From: Rhodanobacter denitrificans
GTDB taxonomy: Bacteria > Pseudomonadota > Gammaproteobacteria > Xanthomonadales > Rhodanobacteraceae
Length of the DNA stretch: 64,000 bases
Assembly (NCBI GenBank): GCA_017848855.1
Contig: JAFIHF010000013.1
Coordinates: forward strand, 73,867 to 137,866
Direction of reading: 5' to 3'
Shown here: positions 48,388 to 57,215 of the stretch, piece by piece
Layout: each line of letters starts with the position of its first letter
Position numbering within the stretch: position 1 is the stretch's first letter
Position numbers and translations under genes: made by a program
The notes under the pieces: generated by a model
What the model was told of the DNA's origin: nothing
What the model saw: only the letters and a program-made list of their open reading frames with translations
Database searches by the model: none

Positions 48388-49455
48388 ATGGCACCCTGCC
48401 TCGCCGCCCGCATGAACGCCCACCTGCGGCAACGCCGCCGATCAACACTGGCGACTCTGCTGTTTGTGACACTGGCGGCGGCGCCTAGCTTCGCCGCCGG
48501 TGAAACCTTCCGCAATCCGCTGCTGTCCACGGGCCCGGACCCGTGGGTGGTTCAACGTGACGGCTTCTACTACTACACCAACACGCTTGGCGACCGCATC
48601 GCGCTGTGGAAGACGCGCGACCTGGGACGTCTTGCCGAAGCCCCGGTCACCGTGGTCTGGCGCGCGCCGGTCAGCGGGCCAGGTTCGGCCGCGGTATGGG
48701 CACCGGAACTGCACTTCCTCGGCGGCAAGTGGTACCTGTACTACACCGCCGCCGACAAGGCGCACGACGATGACGCACACCGCCACCTGTACGTGCTGGA
48801 AAATACCTCGCTCGATCCCACGCAGGGGCAGTGGGTATCGCGCGGCAGGCTGAAAACCGATTACACCGGCATCGACGGCACCGTGTTCCAGTCACGCGGC
48901 AAGCTGTACTTCGTCTATTCCGCTTATGTAGGCGACCACAGCGACCTGGTCATCGCGCCGATGACGAACCCGTGGACGCTGGGCCAGCCGCAGGTGGACA
49001 TCGCGCATCCCACCTACGCCTGGGAGATGCAAGGCGGGCGGAAGATCCTGGAGGGGCCGGAGTTCCTCGAAGGCCCCACCGGCAAGCTGTTTCTCAGCTA
49101 CTCGGCCAGCGCATGCTGGTCTGACCACTATGCGCTGGGCCTGCTCGAGGCAGCGCCCGACGCCGACCCGCTCGATCCCACGGCATGGCGCAAGTCGCCG
49201 CAGCCGGTGTTCACCGAGTCGCCGGCCAACGGCGTCTACGCGCCGGGCCACAACGGCTTCTTCCAGTCGCCTGACGGCAGGCAGACTTGGATTATCTATC
49301 ACGCCAACGGCGGCCCCGGCTGGAAGTGTGGGCCACGACGGGCGCCGCACATGCAGCAGGTGCGCTGGCGCGCCAATGGCACCCCCGACTTCGGCGTGCC
49401 AGTGAAGGCGGGCGTGCCGTTGGCAGTGCCGTCGGGGCAGACGCCCACGCCATAA
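48388..49455 (+). CDS. Secreted glycoside hydrolase family 43
   Basis: It has a signal peptide and then NPLLSTGPDPWVVQRDGFYYY, WAPELH, GKWYLYY and ILEGPEF, as in the GH43 five-bladed propeller. An alternative ATG is at 48412. Confidence 0.85.
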   Translation: MAPCLAARMNAHLRQRRRSTLATLLFVTLAAAPSFAAGETFRNPLLSTGPDPWVVQRDGFYYYTNTLGDRIALWKTRDLGRLAEAPVTVVWRAPVSGPGSAAVWAPELHFLGGKWYLYYTAADKAHDDDAHRHLYVLENTSLDPTQGQWVSRGRLKTDYTGIDGTVFQSRGKLYFVYSAYVGDHSDLVIAPMTNPWTLGQPQVDIAHPTYAWEMQGGRKILEGPEFLEGPTGKLFLSYSASACWSDHYALGLLEAAPDADPLDPTAWRKSPQPVFTESPANGVYAPGHNGFFQSPDGRQTWIIYHANGGPGWKCGPRRAPHMQQVRWRANGTPDFGVPVKAGVPLAVPSGQTPTP

Positions 49456-49464
49456 CCGCCGCAC

Positions 49465-49488
49465 GGGCGGGCATGGCCATGCCCGCCC
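49465..49488. terminator. Perfect 24-bp palindrome between the convergent GH43 and sialidase-fold genes (bidirectional terminator candidate)
   Basis: GGGCGGGCATGG/CCATGCCCGCCC is seen directly. Confidence 0.6.
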
Positions 49489-49500
49489 ATGTTCGTTGCC

Positions 49501-51063
49501 CTACCGCAGTACCCACTGCTGCGGCGCGAGGCCGTTGTCCGTCCAGATCTGCAGTTGCGTACCGGCGGTAGTGGAACCGGCGGGATCGTCCAGCATCAAC
49601 GCACCGGAGGCGCGATTCATCAACTTGTAGGTGCCGTTGCCGAGGTCGAGGAACTGCCAGCTCTGGTTGGCGTTGCCGACGCAGCCCCACAGGGTCACCT
49701 TGTTGCCCGGCGCGGTGCTGCCGCCGGTGTTGTCCACGCACAGGCCAGTCTGCTGGTTCTGGATGCTGAACCAGCCGTTGCCCTGCGCGTGCACGGTCCA
49801 GTCCTGTACCGGCGCGCCGTTGCAGGTCCACAGCTCGGCGCTGGTGTCGTTCGCGGTGGACCAGCCGGTGTTGTCCAGGCACAGCGCGGGCGCCTGCACG
49901 CTTTGAAACACGTGGGTGGAGCCGTCAGCGGGCAGCCGGTTCCACGCCTCGCTGGCGAAGTAGGTGATGCAGCCTCCATTGAGGTAGTCGGACGCCAGTT
50001 CCAGGATGCTCGAACCGTCGCTCGCCGGCAGCAGCGCCGAGGAGTAGTTGGGACAGTAATTGTCGTAGGCGTTCGGCACCTGCACGGGCGCGGCGATGGT
50101 GTACCAGTTGCCGGAACCATCCGTGTTGGTGTTGACGAACAGCACCTTGCCGTTGGAGGGCGAGACACTGCCGTCCGACTCGTGCATCACCTGCCCCACC
50201 AGCAGGATCGCGCCGCTGGCGGACAGTACCGATGAACTCCAGCGGTTGAACGGCGCGTGTTCCAGATACTGGCCAGTGGCCGTCTGCACCTTGCTGCCCA
50301 TGTTGGCCGGGTCGCCAAAGTTCCAGCCGTCGGTCGAACTGCGCGAGAACACCGTGCACGCGGCCGGGCCGCACAACTCGTAGCTCATGAAGAAGTGGCT
50401 GTCGGGCAGCTTGCTGACCGTGATCATGCCGGGGCGGTCGGCCGGAATAGTGCTGCGCACGGTGTCGCTCTGGTCCTGCCAGGTGCGGCCGTCGTAGCTG
50501 CGGATCTGCGCCAGCTTCTGGCTGCAGCACGGATCGGTCTCGTCGGACCAGAACATCACCAGCGCACCGTCGTTCGCCACTTTGAACTCCGGCTCCCATA
50601 GTCCATGATTGAGATCTCCACCCTGCACTGGCGTGCCCTGATAGGCCCATGACGCGCCTTGGTCGGTGCTGGTGTAGATTTCAATCGCCGGCGTCTGGCC
50701 GACCAGGTAGGACGCGGCATACAGCAGAGTCCCCGACGCCAACGTGCCCACCTGTTGCGGCAGTTCGTACAGTGTGGCGCAGCAGCGTTCGGTGCTGCCG
50801 CCCAGCGTCGGTACCGGTCCGAGCAGGTTCCAGTGGGCACCGTTGTCGCTGCTTTGGAAAATGATGCCGTTCGTACTCGCCACCAACCGGCCGTAGACCT
50901 GCGGCGATCCGTGTTCGAGCCGCACCACGCGCGGGTACAGCGTGCTTCCCTGCAACACGGTGCCGGTGGCGGCGCGCGCCGCTGGCAAGCCGGGGCCGAG
51001 CCAGCCCGCCAGCAGCACGAGTACCGGGCACGACCATTTCCAACCAATGGACCAACGTTTCAC
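49501..51063 (-). CDS. Secreted BNR/Asp-box sialidase-fold protein (GH93/GH33-like) with C-terminal ricin-type beta-trefoil (CBM13-like) domain
   Basis: It has Asp-boxes SSDNGAHW, STDQGASW and SYDGRTW. The C-terminal ~140 aa have the repeated QxW pattern (VQDW, NQSW, PQQW) of ricin B lectins. GTG start at 51063, 5 nt after GGAGG. Confidence 0.75.
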   Translation of the reverse strand: MKRWSIGWKWSCPVLVLLAGWLGPGLPAARAATGTVLQGSTLYPRVVRLEHGSPQVYGRLVASTNGIIFQSSDNGAHWNLLGPVPTLGGSTERCCATLYELPQQVGTLASGTLLYAASYLVGQTPAIEIYTSTDQGASWAYQGTPVQGGDLNHGLWEPEFKVANDGALVMFWSDETDPCCSQKLAQIRSYDGRTWQDQSDTVRSTIPADRPGMITVSKLPDSHFFMSYELCGPAACTVFSRSSTDGWNFGDPANMGSKVQTATGQYLEHAPFNRWSSSVLSASGAILLVGQVMHESDGSVSPSNGKVLFVNTNTDGSGNWYTIAAPVQVPNAYDNYCPNYSSALLPASDGSSILELASDYLNGGCITYFASEAWNRLPADGSTHVFQSVQAPALCLDNTGWSTANDTSAELWTCNGAPVQDWTVHAQGNGWFSIQNQQTGLCVDNTGGSTAPGNKVTLWGCVGNANQSWQFLDLGNGTYKLMNRASGALMLDDPAGSTTAGTQLQIWTDNGLAPQQWVLR

Positions 51064-51129
51064 GACGTCCTCCCATCGCCGCCCCACGCGGCGTTCGAAA
51101 TGCGGTGCACCCGGCGCGGGCGACAATGG

Positions 51130-52755
51130 TCAGCGCGACGGCTTCGCTGTAGCGGTAGCCGCGGCGGCGGCATCTATCTGCAGGTAGTCGATGTCCAGCG
51201 CGTGCGCCGAGCCGGCCACGGTGATCGCGTGATCGCCGGATTGCAGCGGCGCGCGGAAACTGGTGACGCGCCAGCCATCGCGGTCATCACGCGTGTCGCT
51301 GGCCGCGACAGCCTGCTCGTCGATGCGTACCACTGGCCGGGTCGGGAAGCCGAGATCTTGCCAACGCACGCGCAACAGGCGCGGACCGCCCACGGCGACG
51401 TGCACGGCGAAGTCGAGCCGGCCCAGCGGCGGCGCGGCGACGCGCGCCTTGCGCCGGTTGGACGCGCTCGGGTCGTCGATCTGCACCGCCCAGTGGCGCG
51501 CGGCGTCCTCCGCCTCGTAGCGGTCGAAGCGCGCCGGCGCGCTGGCCTCGAGGATGACGTTGGCCGCCGCGTCCGTGGGCGCCGCGGGCGAGGACGAGGA
51601 GGTGACATGCAGCAGCGTGCCGTCCGGCTCCAGCTGCAGCGCCTGGGTCCAGCCGGCGTGGATGTTGCCGGTGAGCTTCTGCACCGGCGCCGGCGCTTCC
51701 CACCATGGGCCGCGCCCGAGATCGTTGTTCCAGTAGATCGCGTGGCCGCTCGGGTCTCCGCCCCCGCCGGCACGCTCGGCCAGCACCACGATCACACCCT
51801 CATGACCATCCACCGGCAGCCATTTCACGATCGGCGAAGCGGCGGGCCAAGCACCGGCTTGGGTCTGCACTGGTGTCCCGCGGTCGACGGGATCGCCCCA
51901 ATCCAGGCCGTCGCGGCTGAACTTCAGGTAGACGTGGCCGTTCCGTGGGCCGTCGATATCCTCGTAGCTCATCACGTAGCGGCCGTCGGGCAGGCGGTCG
52001 ACCACCGCCATGCCGGGCCGCTCCACTCCCCCGGGGATCGCCACGTCAATGTGTTCGGCACTCCACGTACGACCGCCGTCGCCTGACACCTTGTGCGCCA
52101 GCAGCTGGTTGAACCCTTCGGCCTTGTGCCGCTCACTGGAGTAGTACGCCACTAGGCGGCCGTCGTCGAGCATGCGCAGGTTGGGCTCCCATACGCCGTG
52201 GTTGTCCTTGTCCTCGGGCTTGCCGCTGCCCTTGACGATCGAGCTTAGGTAGCGCCAGGTACGGCCACCGTCGTTCGAGGCATAGAGCTGCAGATCTTCG
52301 CTCACCACTTTGCCCTGCGCGTCGTTGCCGGTGGCGTTGGCGGACAACAGCACGGTGCCCGCCGGCAGGGCGCCGCTGGCACGCGGCAGCTCGTACAGGT
52401 TGGGCTGCCAGCGCAGTTGCCCCCGGGCATAGCCGCGGTGCACTTGATCAGTGACGTTCTCCATGAAGCGCCAGTCATGCCGACCCGGCTCGAGTACGTA
52501 TAGCGGGATGCCGCCCATGTCGTCGCGCTCGAACGCCAGCAGCACGCGGCCGTTTGCCGACGGGGCGGGCTGGTGATCGAGCCGCACCAGCGTGGCATAA
52601 CCGACGCCCTTCGTCAGAAGGCTGCCGATCGGCATTGGATCGAGCGCCTTCGCCGCGGCCTGAGCACGACCGGCGCACAAGACAATGCTGATCCCGAGAA
52701 AAGCCAGCGCAGTACGGCGACTGGTCAGGCAAACGAACGACATGGCTGCACCCAT
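51130..52755 (-). CDS. Secreted BNR/Asp-box sialidase-fold protein (paralogue) with C-terminal CBM6/CBM35-like domain
   Basis: It has Asp-boxes SNDGGRTW, SGDGGRTW and SRDGLDW. The C-terminal FDRYEAEDA...IDYLQI is typical of CBM6/35-type modules. An alternative ATG is at 52743. Confidence 0.75.
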   Translation of the reverse strand: MGAAMSFVCLTSRRTALAFLGISIVLCAGRAQAAAKALDPMPIGSLLTKGVGYATLVRLDHQPAPSANGRVLLAFERDDMGGIPLYVLEPGRHDWRFMENVTDQVHRGYARGQLRWQPNLYELPRASGALPAGTVLLSANATGNDAQGKVVSEDLQLYASNDGGRTWRYLSSIVKGSGKPEDKDNHGVWEPNLRMLDDGRLVAYYSSERHKAEGFNQLLAHKVSGDGGRTWSAEHIDVAIPGGVERPGMAVVDRLPDGRYVMSYEDIDGPRNGHVYLKFSRDGLDWGDPVDRGTPVQTQAGAWPAASPIVKWLPVDGHEGVIVVLAERAGGGGDPSGHAIYWNNDLGRGPWWEAPAPVQKLTGNIHAGWTQALQLEPDGTLLHVTSSSSPAAPTDAAANVILEASAPARFDRYEAEDAARHWAVQIDDPSASNRRKARVAAPPLGRLDFAVHVAVGGPRLLRVRWQDLGFPTRPVVRIDEQAVAASDTRDDRDGWRVTSFRAPLQSGDHAITVAGSAHALDIDYLQIDAAAAATATAKPSR

Positions 52756-52858
52756 GTGGCGAGGGAGCCGGTGTGGTGAAGGAGCCAGCGCATCTGCAGC
52801 CCGCTTCGATAAAAAAGCGGCGGTGGCGGCGGGGAGTATCCGCCACCGCCGTCGGCGC

Positions 52859-55666
52859 TCATAGCTTCAAGCGCACACCCAGGCCCACAGTGCGATCCTG
52901 GTAACGGATGTCGCGTGGACGTGTGTTGCCATCACCCCAGTACTGATGCAGATCGGCGCCGAACAGGTTGGTTGCGGTAAGCACAATCGTGCTGTAGCGG
53001 TTGAAGTCGTAGGCCAGCGAGAGGTCGACCTGGTTTGCCGGCTTGACCTCGTCGTTGTGACCGGCCACGGTGGGCTGGGTGAAGAAATCGATAAAGCGGC
53101 TTCGGTAGTTGTACGCCAGACGAGCCGAAAAACCGTATTTCTCGTACATCAACACCACGTTGCCGTTGTTCTTCGACACGTTCTGCAGCGGCGATACCAC
53201 CGTCGGGCCGCCAATGTATTGCGGCGAACGCGTGGAACCTTCGATGTACGTGTAATTGACCTGCAGACCGAGCCCACTCAGCGCACCCGGCAGAAAGTCG
53301 AAGAACTGCTGGTACGCCAACTCGGCACCATCGAGATGGCCCGTGCCTGCACTCTGCGGAGAATTCAGTTGGTAGGCGCTGCCGTTGATGGTGACATTGG
53401 TGACATAGTTCTGGATGTAGCCCTTGATGTCGCGGTAAAAGACTCCGCCGCTGACATATCCCGCCGGAGCAAAATACCACTCGAGCGACGCGTCGTAATT
53501 GTTCGACTTGATCGGATCGAGATTCGGATTGCCGCTCGAAGCGACGCCGGCGCGGTTGATCGTTCCAGGGTTGAGCGAGAGCGAGGGATTGAGCGCCCCG
53601 AAACCGGGATAGCTCACCGTCTTGGCTGCGTCCAGACGCAATTGCAGTTGGTCGGTGAAGTGCCAGTTGAAGCTGAAATTTGGCAGATAGACCGGCGCAC
53701 TCGTCGATGTATTGAGCGGACTGTAGATGTTGGTTGAGGCATCGTAGGAAAACGCATTCAGGTTGCGTTTGACCTGCTCGACGCGCATGCCGAGCAGCCC
53801 GTCTACCGGCATGCCGAACAACTCACTGTCGTAACCCAGCTGAGCATAGGCAGCATAGGTCTTTTCATCGATGTGGAAATAACGCCCAGGATTCTGTGGC
53901 GCCAGACCCGGCGACAGGCCATAGAAGCTGCGCAGCGCGGCTGCGTTCTTGGTCAGGTAGTCGTAGCAGCCCGTCAGCCACGACACCGGGATCGCCGAGG
54001 TAGTCGGCATGGCGCAGAAGTAGCCGCTGGGGAAATTGGCGATGACCTGGTTCGCCGGATTCGGATTTGCGACGATGTTGCCAGTTCCCGCACCTCCCGG
54101 CGGAGGCGTCGAGATTTCCACGCTACCGATGTATTCGGCCTTGTGATCGGCGGCACGCAAACCGAAATCCAGATAGCTCAGGAAATTGCCGCCGATGTCC
54201 CATGTGCCGTCGCCGGTCCACGCGTACTCCTTCCCTTTCTCGTTGTGCCAGGTCTGAAACAGACCGTTGAGGTAGTAGTTGGCCGGATCGAGCTGCGGAT
54301 TGCCGCCAAGAGTCCAGTTCTGTTGATTGCCGGCTGTGCCGTTCCAGACCGTGGTGATCGGCCCCTTGAGGAAAGTGTCGATGATGAAGGTGTTGTCATT
54401 GAACGACGTCGATGTGTACGAAAGATCGGAGGACAGGTGCAAGCGGTTGCCATGCCACTTCACGCCCACCGCCGCCTGCATGTCGCGGCCGCGCTGCTGA
54501 TGGGCTTGGGTGCTGGTGGCTGCGTAGGTGTTGCCGGTCCAGCTGCCACTGGTGGCATCACAGATGGTCTGGCCAAGATAGGGCGATCCGGTCAACTGGT
54601 CCGCATAGCAGTTGTTGCCCACGGTGTAGCTGTCCGGGGTTACCGCACCGACGGGGAACGAGAAATAGAACGGCTGGCTGTAATGGTCCGTTTCCCAGTC
54701 GTAGAGCCCCTCGGCATAGAACTCGGTGCTGTCGTTCGGCTTCCACTGCAGGGCATAGTTCACTTCCGGCCGCTGGCGATAGCCGATGTTGTAGTCCGCG
54801 CCGAACCCGTTCGGTGCGGCGATCAGATTGCCGTTCGAAGTGCGGATCGGAGTGCCACTGCCGTCAGTCAGCACCTTCGGGAAATCGCCCCAGACCGCGT
54901 TGTAGTCATAGTGCTGGGCGATGAACGAGGTGTTGAGAAGGGCACCGAACTCGCCGTAGTCGGTATTCCAGCGATCGCTCATCAGCACGCTGAAATTCGG
55001 ATCGCTGCGGCCACCGTATTTGCTGTGCGTCTCGGTGAAGGTCGCGGCCAGCTTCGCGCTGTCGAAGTCGAACGGGCGGAACAGCTGCATATCGACCAGA
55101 CCGGCGATGCCGCCGTCCGGCAGGCTAGCATCGCTGGTCTTGTACACCTTGATTGCCTTGACCGCCGTGGCCGGGAGGTTCTGGAACGCATAGCCGCGGC
55201 CAACGCCGCTGAATATTTCGCGGCCATTGAGCGTCGTGACCACGTTCGGTAGACCACGGATCACCACCGAGCTTGTCTCGCCCTGGAAGCCTTGGGCGAT
55301 CTGCACACCGGTGATGCGCTGGATTGCGTCGGCCACGCTGTTGTCCGGCAGCTTGCCGATATCCTCGGCCACGATGGAGTCGACCACCATGCGCGAATCC
55401 TGCTTAATCGTCTGTGCGCTCTGCAGGCTGTTGCGCAGCGGCGTCACGGTGACGCCGGATAGATTGACTGCGTTCTTCTGCGCCTCGTCGCGCTGTCGTT
55501 TTTTTGCCGCGTCCTTGGCCTTGTCGTCAGTGGACTGGCTTGTGTTGTCTTGCGCTGCGCTGGCGGTGGCTGAGCTGCCGACAGCCGCATGCGCTGGTGT
55601 TAGACAGGCGCTGATCGCGCTTGCCAACAGTGTCGCCGTGCATGAAACAAGGATCGGGTGCTTCAT
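52859..55666 (-). CDS. TonB-dependent receptor (carbohydrate-type TBDR)
   Basis: The 935-aa product has a signal peptide and plug motifs (VVDSIVAEDIGKLPDNSVADAIQRITG, VVIRGL). GC is visibly lower, about 60% in two hand-counted 100-nt samples. Confidence 0.9.
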   Translation of the reverse strand: MKHPILVSCTATLLASAISACLTPAHAAVGSSATASAAQDNTSQSTDDKAKDAAKKRQRDEAQKNAVNLSGVTVTPLRNSLQSAQTIKQDSRMVVDSIVAEDIGKLPDNSVADAIQRITGVQIAQGFQGETSSVVIRGLPNVVTTLNGREIFSGVGRGYAFQNLPATAVKAIKVYKTSDASLPDGGIAGLVDMQLFRPFDFDSAKLAATFTETHSKYGGRSDPNFSVLMSDRWNTDYGEFGALLNTSFIAQHYDYNAVWGDFPKVLTDGSGTPIRTSNGNLIAAPNGFGADYNIGYRQRPEVNYALQWKPNDSTEFYAEGLYDWETDHYSQPFYFSFPVGAVTPDSYTVGNNCYADQLTGSPYLGQTICDATSGSWTGNTYAATSTQAHQQRGRDMQAAVGVKWHGNRLHLSSDLSYTSTSFNDNTFIIDTFLKGPITTVWNGTAGNQQNWTLGGNPQLDPANYYLNGLFQTWHNEKGKEYAWTGDGTWDIGGNFLSYLDFGLRAADHKAEYIGSVEISTPPPGGAGTGNIVANPNPANQVIANFPSGYFCAMPTTSAIPVSWLTGCYDYLTKNAAALRSFYGLSPGLAPQNPGRYFHIDEKTYAAYAQLGYDSELFGMPVDGLLGMRVEQVKRNLNAFSYDASTNIYSPLNTSTSAPVYLPNFSFNWHFTDQLQLRLDAAKTVSYPGFGALNPSLSLNPGTINRAGVASSGNPNLDPIKSNNYDASLEWYFAPAGYVSGGVFYRDIKGYIQNYVTNVTINGSAYQLNSPQSAGTGHLDGAELAYQQFFDFLPGALSGLGLQVNYTYIEGSTRSPQYIGGPTVVSPLQNVSKNNGNVVLMYEKYGFSARLAYNYRSRFIDFFTQPTVAGHNDEVKPANQVDLSLAYDFNRYSTIVLTATNLFGADLHQYWGDGNTRPRDIRYQDRTVGLGVRLKL

Positions 55667-55777
55667 TGATGTCTCCCCAAGTTGTTCTCGCTGCTTGACG
55701 ATCGGTCCGGGACTGGCCTTGCAGCCTCCCCGGACACATGCCGATTTCCAGTACGCAACTGGATCGGCACTTAGTAC

Positions 55778-55792
55778 GACAATTAAATTGTC
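55778..55792. promoter_or_regulatory. Perfect palindrome GACAATT-A-AATTGTC in the AT-rich leader upstream of the TBDR gene (candidate operator)
   Basis: Seen directly. A second palindrome, ATGTTGC-GCA-GCAACAT, lies at 55834-55850. Confidence 0.4.
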
Positions 55793-55884
55793 ATACTATA
55801 CGACTTACAGTGCTACAGAACGTAGTGCTTGTCATGTTGCGCAGCAACATTCACGCCCTCCGAATTCCGCAACAACCTTCGACA

Positions 55885-55916
55885 CAAGAAACGCCCGGCA
55901 AGCCGGGCGTTTCTTG
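55885..55916 (-). terminator. Hairpin terminator after the GH5-like gene
   Basis: The sequence CAAGAAACGCCCGG-CAAG-CCGGGCGTTTCTTG forms a 14-bp stem with a U-rich 3' arm. Confidence 0.6.
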
Positions 55917-55948
55917 TGGTAGCCGGTCGACAGGCCGGCGACGTGACT

Positions 55949-57112
55949 TCAAGGATTCAGCGTAGACGCAGGCACCACGCCCTTCGGCGAGTGGCTGAGC
56001 GCACGAATGATCTGCGCCTCACGCTCGCGATATGGGGTGCCGTCTTCTTGCAACAGATCGTGGAACCAGATCGTGGGCGGCTGCAGCGTATAGGGGCGCT
56101 GCCAGGAATCCCACGGCAGGTTGGTCTGCGTCTTGCCGACCACAAAACCCCAGTTGACCATGCCCACATCCAACTTCTTGCCCAACGGCAGCACGCCGTC
56201 GATGGTGGAGCCGGCGCCGCGCGCCATGTACTCGGTGCAGATCAGCGGTCGCCCATAGGGCTTGAGCTGGGCCACGCGACGCTTGAAGTCTTCCGGCCAG
56301 CCGTAATCGTGGAAGCTGATGATGTCGGACTGCTCGACCTGGGTGCGCTCCACCGCGTTGAGGTGCGCCGCCGAGCTCCAGTCAGCGTCGTGCCACAGCC
56401 CACTGGTGAGCGGCTGGGTCGGTTGCTCGCTGCGCGCCCACGCGAACACTTGCGGCAGCAGCTCAGCCACGCGCTGGAACTTGTCCTTCGGCTCGCGCGC
56501 ATCGTAATCGCCGCCCCCGGGATTATCCGGTTCGTTCCACACATCCCAAGCGAGGATGCGGTCATCCTTGGCGAAGCTACCCACGATGTCCTTCACATAC
56601 TGCTCGAACCGCGGGTACTGGCTGCGATCGTCCATCGCTACGCCCGGCGATTGCACCCAACCGGAATTGTGCACGCCCGGAATCGGCGGATGCTGCGGAC
56701 CCAGCCTCGGCTCCGGATCCCAGCATGAATCGAACAACACGAAGATCGGCTTGATGTGGTGCTTGGCCGCGATGCCAAGGAAGGTGCTGATGCGCCGCTT
56801 GAAGCCGGCTGCGTCCTGCTTCCACAGCAGGTCATGCAGGAACACGCGCATGGTGGTCATGCCCAGCGACTCGGCCCAGCCCAGCTCCTGATCAATGCGC
56901 TGCGGATCGAACGTGGCCGCCTGCCACATCTCCAGCTCGTTGATGGCATTCGAGGGAATGTAGTTGCTGCCCAACGGCCAGGACTGCTTCGCGTACCAAG
57001 CTTGGGCCTGGGCCTTCGACCAGCGCGCCGGTACCGACGCATCCGCATGCGCAGGTGTGGCTGCGACGGCCACCATCGCCGCAAGCAGCAGACAGGACAG
57101 TGTGCGTTTCAT
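55949..57112 (-). CDS. Secreted clan GH-A TIM-barrel glycoside hydrolase (GH5-like)
   Basis: It has a signal peptide, WDVWNEPDN (acid/base NEP motif) and ICTEY (nucleophile context). Subfamily not assignable by eye. Confidence 0.7.
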   Translation of the reverse strand: MKRTLSCLLLAAMVAVAATPAHADASVPARWSKAQAQAWYAKQSWPLGSNYIPSNAINELEMWQAATFDPQRIDQELGWAESLGMTTMRVFLHDLLWKQDAAGFKRRISTFLGIAAKHHIKPIFVLFDSCWDPEPRLGPQHPPIPGVHNSGWVQSPGVAMDDRSQYPRFEQYVKDIVGSFAKDDRILAWDVWNEPDNPGGGDYDAREPKDKFQRVAELLPQVFAWARSEQPTQPLTSGLWHDADWSSAAHLNAVERTQVEQSDIISFHDYGWPEDFKRRVAQLKPYGRPLICTEYMARGAGSTIDGVLPLGKKLDVGMVNWGFVVGKTQTNLPWDSWQRPYTLQPPTIWFHDLLQEDGTPYREREAQIIRALSHSPKGVVPASTLNP

Positions 57113-57215
57113 GGAACCTCCGTGACAACTTCGACGGCCCTGCCGCCGGATGCGCCCGCCGCCACGCAGCGAGCCGGAATGGGCGCGACGCCGGCCACAT
57201 CGGCGTGATATCTGG

